Positions 1 to 7,500 of a stretch of 26,327 nucleotides of DNA are shown piece by piece. The notes under the pieces were generated by a model. That model saw nothing but the letters and a program-made list of their open reading frames with translations. It was not told where the DNA came from and searched no databases. Position 1 is the stretch's first letter, and each line of letters opens with the position of its first letter. The DNA comes from a virus. Its lineage: Duplodnaviria; Caudoviricetes. The stretch is from IMG/VR virus record IMGVR_UViG_3300035670_001110, positions 1 through 26,327 of that record, one strand, 5' to 3'. The translations under genes and the position numbers were made by a program.

Positions 1-647
1 CAATAGCGGAGGTAGGTGTCGAGCTTCAGCTCGCGCCGGGCGAAGTGATCGAGGGGGTTGAGCGCCATGTTGGCCATGATCTGGCTGGTGCTCGCGCCAA
101 TGGGGATGCCGCAGTCGCCACCGTTCACCGTGATGTAGCGCCACAGCAGAGCAAGCGTTGGCTTGCATTTGATGTGACGGCACATCTCGGCATAGAGCGC
201 TTCGTGGTTGATGCTGTAAAAGAACTTGCTGATGTCGAGGCTGAGGTAATACTTAAACCGCCTGTTCTTCAGATAGGCATGAAACTGCTGGCTGCAGCGA
301 TGGGTGCCGCGGCCAATCAGGCAGCTGTAGGTGTGGGCGATCAGTCGCTGCTGCAGGGGCACGCGCAGCACGTTGCAGACGGCGTGCTGCACGATGCGAT
401 CTTCAAGGAACGGCGCCTGGATCAGCCGGGGCTTCGGGTCCTTGATCCAGAACTCATAGTGCGGCCGCGGCTTATACCTGCCGTCCAGCAGCTTGGCTTC
501 CAGATGGGAGAGGTTGACCGCCAGGTTGCTCTCGTACTGGAGGATCAACCGCTTGTCGCCCTTGCCGCTTCTGACTTCCTTCCAGGCGTCAAGCAGCGCG
601 TCGTAGCTGGCGATCTGGGGCCACAGATTGCTGAGCTTGTGGGGCAT
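1..647 (-). CDS. DGR reverse transcriptase, N-terminal 215 aa (continues past the left edge; not in the ORF track)
   Basis: Manual translation from ATG at 647 is open to position 1: MPHKLSNLWPQIASYDALLDAWKEVRSGKG...KPRLIQAPFLEDRIVQHAV...TYSCLIGRGTH...YYLSLDISKFFYSINH...GIPIGASTSQIMANMALNPLDHF...DTYLRY. These are the RT1-RT4 motifs. The sequence ends at 'RY' plus a partial TG codon, the expected start of the YxDD motif. Confidence 0.96.
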   Translation of the reverse strand, partial: MPHKLSNLWPQIASYDALLDAWKEVRSGKGDKRLILQYESNLAVNLSHLEAKLLDGRYKPRPHYEFWIKDPKPRLIQAPFLEDRIVQHAVCNVLRVPLQQRLIAHTYSCLIGRGTHRCSQQFHAYLKNRRFKYYLSLDISKFFYSINHEALYAEMCRHIKCKPTLALLWRYITVNGGDCGIPIGASTSQIMANMALNPLDHFARRELKLDTYLRY

Positions 648-694
648 GGCGAGACGGTCGCAGAGCTACTGGAATCGCCTTCCCCGGCTATTGA

Positions 695-709
695 GAGCCC
701 AGTGGGCTC
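695..709. other. Small perfect hairpin (GAGCCC-3 nt-GGGCTC) in the TR-to-RT spacer
   Basis: Inverted repeat 695-700 / 704-709 read directly. A role in the DGR RNA 3' spacer is inferred. Confidence 0.45.
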
Positions 710-782
710 AAGGACGAACTCCCTCCCTTCAACACGACACGGCCGGTCCCACGTGAGGCCCGACGCTGGGCGTGATTGTGTC

Positions 783-906
783 GAAGTCGGACGGCACGCG
801 CCCCATTGTTGTTGTTCGCGTTGCTGGATGTGTTGTTGAGATTCACGTTGAACACACCGGCATTGGCCGTGTTGTCCCAGTTGCCCCCAACATTCGGCAG
901 CATGTC
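783..906 (-). ncRNA. DGR template repeat (TR)
   Basis: AAC/AAT-rich (13 AAY codons, 34 adenines on the minus strand) copy of the target 3' end, lying between avd and RT. Confidence 0.96.
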
Positions 907-1339
907 AGGAGTCCGCCCTGAGTTCAGAGCGTAGCCAGCCCCCTAGAAGTTTGCCCACTTCGTCGAGCTTCTCGCAGGCAACACGGTGTCGCCTGGGCTC
1001 GATGAACTTGGCTTCCACTGCCAGGTTGAGTAGCTGGCGGAGGAACTCGTGCTGCACATTGAAGCGCGTGAGATCGGTCTTCTTGTGCTGCTTCTTGTTG
1101 GCGGCAATGGCCAACTCCAGACAGAGATACCCGATCTCACGCATCTTGGCACTGAGGACGTACTTCTCATACCGCGGCATGTTCCTGGTGAGAACATCCA
1201 GGTAGAGGCAGAGGTCCTTGCAGCGCCGCTCGATGAGCCAATAACGCTCCCGCCGGCGGTCGAGGCCCAAGGCCTGTTCTTCCGGCGGTGTGGCGTCAGA
1301 GGGAAGGCCCGCTGCCGCGGGCCCCACATGGCTGCTCAC
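905..1339 (-). CDS. avd: DGR accessory variability determinant (Avd-like four-helix bundle)
   Basis: 144 aa with MPRYEKYVLSAKMR and C-terminal EVGKLLGGWL motifs typical of bAvd; lies between target and TR. The start is uncertain (GTG at 1339 overlapping the target stop, or GTG at 1327). Confidence 0.9.
   Translation of the reverse strand: MSSHVGPAAAGLPSDATPPEEQALGLDRRRERYWLIERRCKDLCLYLDVLTRNMPRYEKYVLSAKMREIGYLCLELAIAANKKQHKKTDLTRFNVQHEFLRQLLNLAVEAKFIEPRRHRVACEKLDEVGKLLGGWLRSELRADS
1306..1323 (-). promoter_or_regulatory. DGR target-recognition hairpin/cruciform downstream of VR
   Basis: Minus strand GGCCCGC-GGCA-GCGGGCC: perfect 7-bp GC-only stem with a 4-nt GRNA loop, 12 nt after the target stop codon, as described for BPP-1-type DGRs. 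Confidence 0.85.
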
Positions 1340-2874
1340 GCAGCCAGAAGGCGGACGGCACGCGCCCCAAAGTGGGTGCTCGCGACGCTGGACGTGTAGG
1401 CGAGAATCACGTTGAACACACCGGCAGTGGCCGGGTCGACCCAGGTGCCCCCAACAGCCGGCAGCAGGTCGTTGGGACTGGAGCGATACACACCGTCACC
1501 ACCAAAGATGTTGGTGCTGGTCTGCGTGCCGCTGGTGCCCAGCTCCCTGGGAATCAGGGTCTCCGTCATCGCCCGCTTGGTGGCGTTGCTGAAGCTGCTG
1601 GAGGGGTGGAAGGTGCCACCGCTGTGGGGCACCAGATAGCTCCAGCCAGCGCTGCCGAACCAGATGCCGTCATCAGCCGCCGCAACACTCTCAGCGACCA
1701 GGGACAGCACACCAGAAGCGCCTGTGATCGAGGCATTGCCGGTGGTGTTGGTCCAGGCTGCAGAGCTCGGAAACAGGCGGAAGCCCCCGTTGCCGCCGCC
1801 GCTGTTGGTCAGGCCAGGGGCCAGTTCCCACTGGTTGCCCTGAATGTCCACGATCCCGCTGAGCTGGCCGTTGTGGGTGGTGTGCTCAGTGGCTGCAGCA
1901 CCGCTGATGCGAGCAGCGCCGGTGAAGGCGCGGTTGCTGCGACCGGCATAGCCCGAGCCGTTGTGGCCGGTCAGATCGGTGCGGGCGAACTGCAGGCTGG
2001 ACTTGTTCACGTCCGAGCCGTAGTTGTTGTTGCCCTTGGGCGCATAGGGCGCCACGTCCATCCAGGCCGCCTTGGTGGTGGCACCGGCGATGGGTGCGCC
2101 GCCAGCATCGAGCAGGGCCTGGGCATGGGCCAGCGACAGGAAGGCGATCTGGCTGCGGATCCACAGGGGGATGGGCGCAAAGTCCAGGCCGCGGGTCTTC
2201 ACCAGGGCCCACACGCCGCCGAAGTTGTTGGCGGGGGTGCCAGCAGCGCTGTTCAGCGCGGTGCTGTTCACCAGGCTGAAGGGGCTGTTGTAGTCGGTGC
2301 CGCCGTCGTCCTTGGTGGTGGGGCTGCAGGGCCAGTGCAGAGGCCGCGACACGGCGATGCCGCCGGTGAGCGGGGTGCCTCCGGGGCCGTTGGTGTGGTT
2401 CGGAGAGCCAGAGCCATCGGGCTTGCCGTTGGAGATCTGGTACTTGTCCACGAACACGCCGATCAGGCTCTGGCCTGCGTCCGTGAACGCCTTGGGCAGG
2501 ACAGCGTTGCCACTCTGCGTGTCACTGATCACCACCTTCGTGCCATAGAACGGCGCGTTGGTGTTGCCGGGGGCCTGCACGTCGATGTAGTGCGCCGGGA
2601 TGAAGCACACAATCGAAGCGCTCGGGATGTGGATGTAGTTCCCGAAGTGAGGGTGCTCGCGCAGCGGGTCGTAGGTGCCGGCGCTCAGCGGCGCAAAGTC
2701 GGCAGGCAGCAGCTCAATGGGGCAGCAACCGATGCCGAAGCCGCTCATGCCGGCCAGGCCCACGGTGTAGCGCCACTGATCGCGGTAGCCGTACCACTCG
2801 TTCTCGATGTTGAAGATCCCGGAGGGACCAACAATGCGCTCCTTGACGCGGAGCAATGGTGTGATGACAGTCAT
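1336..2874 (-). CDS. DGR target protein, Mtd-like (C-type lectin/FGE-type fold), putative receptor-binding protein
   Basis: 512 aa with motifs FVDKYQIS, HNGQLSGIVDIQGNQWEL and GGxW...AGVF...GARAV; carries the VR at its C-terminus; lies downstream of the tail fibre gene. Confidence 0.9.
   Translation of the reverse strand: MTVITPLLRVKERIVGPSGIFNIENEWYGYRDQWRYTVGLAGMSGFGIGCCPIELLPADFAPLSAGTYDPLREHPHFGNYIHIPSASIVCFIPAHYIDVQAPGNTNAPFYGTKVVISDTQSGNAVLPKAFTDAGQSLIGVFVDKYQISNGKPDGSGSPNHTNGPGGTPLTGGIAVSRPLHWPCSPTTKDDGGTDYNSPFSLVNSTALNSAAGTPANNFGGVWALVKTRGLDFAPIPLWIRSQIAFLSLAHAQALLDAGGAPIAGATTKAAWMDVAPYAPKGNNNYGSDVNKSSLQFARTDLTGHNGSGYAGRSNRAFTGAARISGAAATEHTTHNGQLSGIVDIQGNQWELAPGLTNSGGGNGGFRLFPSSAAWTNTTGNASITGASGVLSLVAESVAAADDGIWFGSAGWSYLVPHSGGTFHPSSSFSNATKRAMTETLIPRELGTSGTQTSTNIFGGDGVYRSSPNDLLPAVGGTWVDPATAGVFNVILAYTSSVASTHFGARAVRLLAA
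1347..1470 (-). repeat. DGR variable repeat (VR) with G/C-rich 3' end (IMH-like)
   Basis: Ungapped match to 783-906 (offset 564). Encodes DLLPAVGGTWVDPATAGVFNVILAYTSSVASTHFGARAVRL, versus TR frame DMLPNVGGNWDNTANAGVFNVNLNNTSSNANNNNGARAVRL. Confidence 0.96.
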
Positions 2875-2877
2875 GGC

Positions 2878-3153
2878 TCAGGCCTCGTTGAAAGGAGCGG
2901 GGTAGAAGGTGACGGGATTGGGTAGCTGCGTCTTGGTGATTGCTGTCACCGGCTGGCCACCAGCCCAGGCGTCGATGTCATCACCAACGCCATAGGCCCC
3001 GAAGTAATCGAAGCCGTCGTGAGTGTTGGCGTCAGGGTCAGCATCACGCTGCAGTGCCACCAAGGTGAAGGTGGGCTCGGCGGCGGGATCTTGCTCAGGC
3101 CATTGCACGTTGGTGCCGGGCTCGGGATCAGCCTTGTAGAAACGGAAGTCCAT
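2878..3153 (-). CDS. Hypothetical acidic protein (91 aa), possibly a tail-fibre/RBP accessory or chaperone
   Basis: ATG start, 3-nt gaps to both neighbours, co-directional. Function is inferred from position only. Confidence 0.7.
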   Translation of the reverse strand: MDFRFYKADPEPGTNVQWPEQDPAAEPTFTLVALQRDADPDANTHDGFDYFGAYGVGDDIDAWAGGQPVTAITKTQLPNPVTFYPAPFNEA

Positions 3154-3156
3154 GGC

Positions 3157-3324
3157 TCACATGTGAGAAGCGGAAGTGGGGTCGATCACAGAACGACCGC
3201 CATAGCTGCGATCACCAGGGCGACCGATTGGCAGTGTGTCTTGATCAAATTGCTGCAGTTTCTGCAGGCTGGGTTCGGCAACCGGCGCTGTGGCCGGAAA
3301 CCCTGTGGACGGAAGTACGGCCAT
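3157..3324 (-). CDS. Small hypothetical protein (55 aa; not in the ORF track)
   Basis: MAVLPSTGFPATAPVAEPSLQKLQQFDQDTLPIGRPGDRSYGGRSVIDPTSASHM. ATG overlaps the upstream stop (TGATG) and the stop is followed by GCC-ATG of the next gene, so it exactly fills the gap. Confidence 0.7.
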   Translation of the reverse strand: MAVLPSTGFPATAPVAEPSLQKLQQFDQDTLPIGRPGDRSYGGRSVIDPTSASHM

Positions 3325-3341
3325 CAGCAGAAGCTCCCTGA
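3320..3341. repeat. 22-bp direct repeat, copy 1 (core of a ~145-bp diverged duplication; other copy 3784-3805)
   Basis: GCCATCAGCAGAAGCTCCCTGA is identical at 3320-3341 and 3784-3805. It encodes SGSFC-stop plus the overlapping ATG of the next gene. Confidence 0.9.
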
Positions 3342-3590
3342 CGGAAGGTGAATAGGGTTGTAGGCATCAGCACTGACGTAGTGAAACGCCGTGCCAGGAG
3401 GCACCACCGGGCCAACGCCGAATGGCACTTGCCCAGGGGTGCCAACTGAGAACGAGCCGTTGCGATAGATCGCAGTCAGCTCATCCAGCAACACCGAGCC
3501 AGTTGTTCCCTCCGGCCCGACGGGACCGATGGGACCAGGAATTGCTGGGCTAAGCGTTCCCGAGAACGGGTTAAAGGCGTAGTTGGACAT
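3324..3590 (-). CDS. Small tail-associated protein (88 aa) with short collagen-like Gly-X-Y run and C-terminal module shared with the tail fibre
   Basis: N-terminal FNPFSG, then GPI-GPV-GPE-GTT-GSV; the last 42 aa are 27/42 identical to the tail fibre C-terminus. Confidence 0.8.
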   Translation of the reverse strand: MSNYAFNPFSGTLSPAIPGPIGPVGPEGTTGSVLLDELTAIYRNGSFSVGTPGQVPFGVGPVVPPGTAFHYVSADAYNPIHLPSGSFC

Positions 3591-3593
3591 GGC

Positions 3594-3788
3594 TCAGCTC
3601 TTGGTGATGCTGGTGACGTTGCCGCTGCCGTCATAGGCAAGGGTCAGCGTGGTAACGGTTGTCCCAGATGCGCCACCTTGCTTGTAGGTGACCGTCGAAA
3701 GATTTGTTCCCGAGTACGTCATCGCAACGTAGTCATGTTCGGGAATTGCGAAGCCTGGAATTGCGTCGCCATAAGGTTGAGTTGCCAT
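3594..3788 (-). CDS. Small beta-rich phage tail-region protein (64 aa)
   Basis: IPEHDYVAMTYSG...YKQGGASGTTVTTLTLAYDGSGNVTSITKS resembles small hypothetical proteins I recall next to tail fibre genes; TGATG coupling to the fibre gene. Confidence 0.75.
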   Translation of the reverse strand: MATQPYGDAIPGFAIPEHDYVAMTYSGTNLSTVTYKQGGASGTTVTTLTLAYDGSGNVTSITKS

Positions 3789-3805
3789 CAGCAGAAGCTC
3801 CCTGA
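3784..3805. repeat. 22-bp direct repeat, copy 2
   Basis: Identical to 3320-3341. Confidence 0.9.
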
Positions 3806-4543
3806 AGCGTGGTGAATGGGGTAGTAATCGCTCTGACTGATGCCAGAGAACGCAGCCCCAGGCGTCAGCACAGGGCCAACACCGAAGGGAATGGCGCCGG
3901 GCCGGCCAACACTGAAGGCAGCGTTGATCAGAATTTCCAGTGGCTCGAGCACCTGAATGGGGCTCTGTGGCACGGCTGCTGCCGTGGCGATCTGCACAGC
4001 AGCGTTGGCTGCCGCTGATGCGGCATTGGCCGTGCCGGTGACAGCGTTGGCTGCTGCGATTGCCGCGTTCGATGCTGTGGTCGCCGTGACGGCTTCCGCC
4101 TGGGCCGCCGTGGCTGAAGCCTGCGCAGCGGTTGCCGAAGCCTGGGCCGCCGTGGCGCTGGCTCCAAGCTGTGTGATGGCCGCGTCGTTACGGTCCTGCT
4201 GCTCTTGGACGACGTACAGGTTTTGCAGGTCGGCGGTGTCGAGATCGTCGGCGATCAGGTTGCTGCCGTCCTGCCAATCGACCAGGCGTGTGGCATTCGG
4301 CGTCTGGCGGATGACGGTCAGTACTTGCCCAGCTACAGGCGCAGTTGCGGCCTGAATCTGCGAGGAGCTGGTCCAGCTAAAGCCAACGCCATCCGCCAGT
4401 TCAGTGCTGAAAGTGCCGTCAAGGATGTTGAACCCCAGATAGACCTTGACGTGAGCCTTCAGCAGGTACGGGAACGGGACAGAAAAGGTCGTGGTCGACC
4501 CGTTGCCCGCGTACTGGCGGTACGAGAATGGCGTCGCTGACAC
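3788..4543 (-). CDS. Short tail fibre / adaptor protein with T7 gp17-like N-terminal anchor
   Basis: YAGNGSTTTFSVPFPYL...RQTP...DWQDGSNLIADDLDTADLQNLYVVQE is the typical gp17 N-domain, followed by (ASATAAQ)x3 heptads; only 251 aa; GTG start. Confidence 0.9.
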   Translation of the reverse strand: MSATPFSYRQYAGNGSTTTFSVPFPYLLKAHVKVYLGFNILDGTFSTELADGVGFSWTSSSQIQAATAPVAGQVLTVIRQTPNATRLVDWQDGSNLIADDLDTADLQNLYVVQEQQDRNDAAITQLGASATAAQASATAAQASATAAQAEAVTATTASNAAIAAANAVTGTANAASAAANAAVQIATAAAVPQSPIQVLEPLEILINAAFSVGRPGAIPFGVGPVLTPGAAFSGISQSDYYPIHHASGSFC

Positions 4544-4550
4544 GGCATGA

Positions 4551-7500
4551 CTACGGGGCTGTAGTCATTGTGGCTCCATTCAAGGCCTCAGCAAAGCCAC
4601 GCAGCCCTCCATCCGTGTTGCGCTCCAGATTGTTGGTTCGCATGATGTCGCGCCGTTCGCGCCATTCCTGAGCGGCCGGAGTGTTGCTGATGTTGATCTG
4701 ATCTCGTGTGATCAGGTGGTAATACTCCTTGGTTGCGTTGATCAGCACCTGGGCCGCTTTGCGGCGGCGTTCAGCGGCAGGCATGTCGCGGGCCTTGAGG
4801 TCGCTGGTGGTGCTGGGGTCGTCCTGCATCGCCTGGTAGACCGGCGAGTTGATCAGTGAGCGCAGCGCCTCCTGGACGGTGCGGCCTTTGACGTGTGGCT
4901 CCACGAATTGCACCACCGGGAAGCTGACCGTCTTGTTGTTCGGGATGGTGATGCCCGTTGGCGTGTCGACGGGGAAGGCGAGCTGGAAGCTGACCGACGG
5001 CACCTTGCCGGAAATGGCGAGCCGCGCGGTCGGCGACATTTCGCCTTGGATCGTCGCGTAGGTGTCGTTGTACTCCTTCTTCAGGTCGTCCCCCATCGCA
5101 ACGCCTTCGAGCACGCCTGACATCAACGCGCTGGGCGGGTTGAGTTGGTTCTGGGCGTCGAGCTCGGCGTAGAGCTTCTCGTCGGCCTCGGGCCACACCT
5201 GCGGGAAGAAGCGGTCCTTCAGGGCATCGGCCAGCTGCTGCCCCCAGGCGAGCTTGATCTTGCTGCCCAGCCAATCGCGCTCCTTGTAAGCACCGCCGAT
5301 CAGGCCGGTAAGGCCAAGGGTGCCGTAGGCGAGCTCGCGCAGCTGGCGCTCGATCTTTTCGAGCGGGCTGTCATCGGCGCCCTGGAAGTTTTGGGATGTG
5401 CTCGGCGCAGTGCTGCTAAACAGGTTGCGGCTTTGCATCCCGCTGAAGCGCTCAGCGTCGCGGATCAGGCCGATGTTTGGGATCTGGCCACTGCCGAGGT
5501 AGCCAAGGAGTCGGGCCGGTGAGCGGTTGGGCTCGAGGAACAACTCCATCAGCTGATTCACCTGGCCCAGGGCGGTCTGGCGCATGAGGTGGCCGGTGAG
5601 CACCTGCATCAAGCCGCCCAGGGCGTTGTATTGGTCGTACTTGGAGTACGCCCCCGTCACGAACGTCTCCTTGATGTCCTTCCACAGGAACAGAGTGTTC
5701 AGCACGGGGATGCCGCCCAGGAAGGGGATGCCGGCGATGGTGTTTGGCGCCTTGCCCTGAGCCTGCAGCCCGATCCGCCACTCCTCCCTCTCGCGCAGAT
5801 CGATCGGACCATTGCCGATGATCAGGCCCATGGCGTCCAGGGTGACGAACAGGCCAAGCAGTTGAGCTGAAACCGCCCATGCAGCCTTGGCTCTGGCCGC
5901 CTGCTCTGGCGTTGCGCTCTTGCCAAAGGCTGCCTGCACCGGAACGGTCAGCCAGTCGCTGGCAAGGCGGAAGTCCAGCAGCGTGCCCATGAAGGGCGAC
6001 TGCACATACGGGAACGCCAGATCGAAGAACCAGTGCTTGCGGGCGCCCTGCATGGCGTTGAAAACGCCGCCGGTGATCGTGCCCTCCTCAGGGCGGTTCT
6101 GCATCCGCATCTCTTGCGAGAACCCTTCAGCAGCCAAGGAGTCCGGTGTGTCGAACGTGGGGTAGCCGTAGGTCTCGCCGACCTTTTCGTTAAGGATGCG
6201 CTCGGCAATCTCCTGATCCGTCATGTCGGCGCCCAGAGCGTTCTCACGGCGGAAGCTCTTGATGTTCTCCTCGCTCGGCTCAAGCTGGTAGAAGGCCTTG
6301 TCCAGCTCGGACTGCACCCACTCATCGCGGCTGCGCTGATCGAACAGGCCGAGTTGGGCGCCGTCACGCCGGGCCCTGATCTCCAGGTCGTTCTTGATCT
6401 TGAACAGGTGGAAGAAGTAGCCGGCCGTGTTGTCGACGCCGGCCATCATGCGGAAGCCGGGCGTAAGCACCTTGGCACCCATGCTCTCCGCCCACAGCCG
6501 CCATGCGGCGTGCATCTTGTTGCGGAAGACGCCGACGTTCTCGGGGATCGACCAGATGCCGGAATCGCGGCCCGTGCGGAACGGCATATCGAGCATCTGC
6601 TGCAGCTCGGCCTTGAGCTGTTGGTTGGTCGAGATCTGCCGGCCGTAGGTGTCGGCGTTGCCGCCGAACGGGGCGACGCCCTCTTTGAAGGCACTGGTGA
6701 ACAGCTCGCGCGCGGATGCCCGCGTCATGTCCAGGCCGAACTTGACGCTGTTCCAGGCGACGCCAAAGCCTTCCTTGGTCGCATCCCACTGCTCGCGGGT
6801 GAGCTTGGTGCCGGCCGGCGTCAGGAGCCCGATGTTCTCGTAAGCCTGGCGGTAGGGGCCCAGGAAGAGCATGCCGATGTTGCTGCCCGCGTTCGTCTTG
6901 AACTGGGTCATCGCGTTCAGCAGCTGGCTGTCTTTGGCCAGCGCATTGCCGCGCTTCATCAGCAGGTTGAACCACTGCTTGTCACCCAGGCGGCTCTTGG
7001 GGTCGACGCCATCGAGTTGGGTGATCAGCTTGAGCTGCTCGATGGTTTCGGCCGCACGCTCTGGATTGACCTTGGCGTCATCGACGGCATCGACCACCCG
7101 GGCGAAGTGGTCGTCGCGCATCAGCTCCTCTGGCGTCATCGTCAGCGCGCCTTGGACTTCCGGCGCATCAGGCTCAAACAGGCGGCCGTCGGCCAGCTGG
7201 TCGGCCAGCTCGGTGTCCATGGCGCCAGGGCTGTCCACTGCGCCGCGGCGGGCGTAGAGGGCCTGGCCAGTGCGGCGGCCGGCGAGGCTGTAGTGGCGCT
7301 CGGAGACCAGGGCCAGCTTCCAGGCCTTGAACGCTGAGCCCTTCAGGTCGGCCGGAACGTCGCTTGCACGGATCGCGGTGCTGATCTCATCCAGCTTGTC
7401 GAGGTAGGCGTCGCGGTAGCCCTCCTTGGCCACACGCAGGCGGATCATCCGCTCGGGGATGGCGTTGAACGCTGCGGCGTCGTTGGCCATGAGGGCCATG

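Larger units (their letters stand above)
1..2874 (-). mobile_element. Diversity-generating retroelement (target gene with VR, hairpin, avd, TR, RT); RT truncated by the window edge
   Basis: 124-nt TR/VR pair with 21 mismatches, all at TR adenines; Avd-like ORF; RT with DGR-type IGxxxSQ motif; same order as Bordetella phage BPP-1 (mtd-avd-TR-brt). Confidence 0.97.

Noticed and set aside
45-839. 264-aa plus-strand ORF
   Set aside because: Antisense shadow of the RT gene and TR; no recognisable motifs.
805-843. (GTT)n microsatellite-like run
   Set aside because: Explained by the AAC codons of the TR.
688-903. 71-aa Asn-rich ORF starting with ATG
   Set aside because: It is the TR read in the VR frame. 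TRs are commonly open because they mirror the target. Translation cannot be excluded but is unsupported.
943-1329. 128-aa minus-strand ORF with a good ATG context
   Set aside because: Overlaps avd in another frame and has Ser/Pro/Arg-rich composition; the avd frame has the family motifs.
3320-3931. Possible second TR/VR pair or extra DGR targets in the duplicated tail module
   Set aside because: Mismatches are not adenine-specific and neither copy resembles the TR. I found no second VR by eye in the window.
4095-4165. 21-nt tandem repeats
   Set aside because: Coding heptad repeats (ASATAAQ) in the fibre with synonymous variation; not CRISPR and no spacers.
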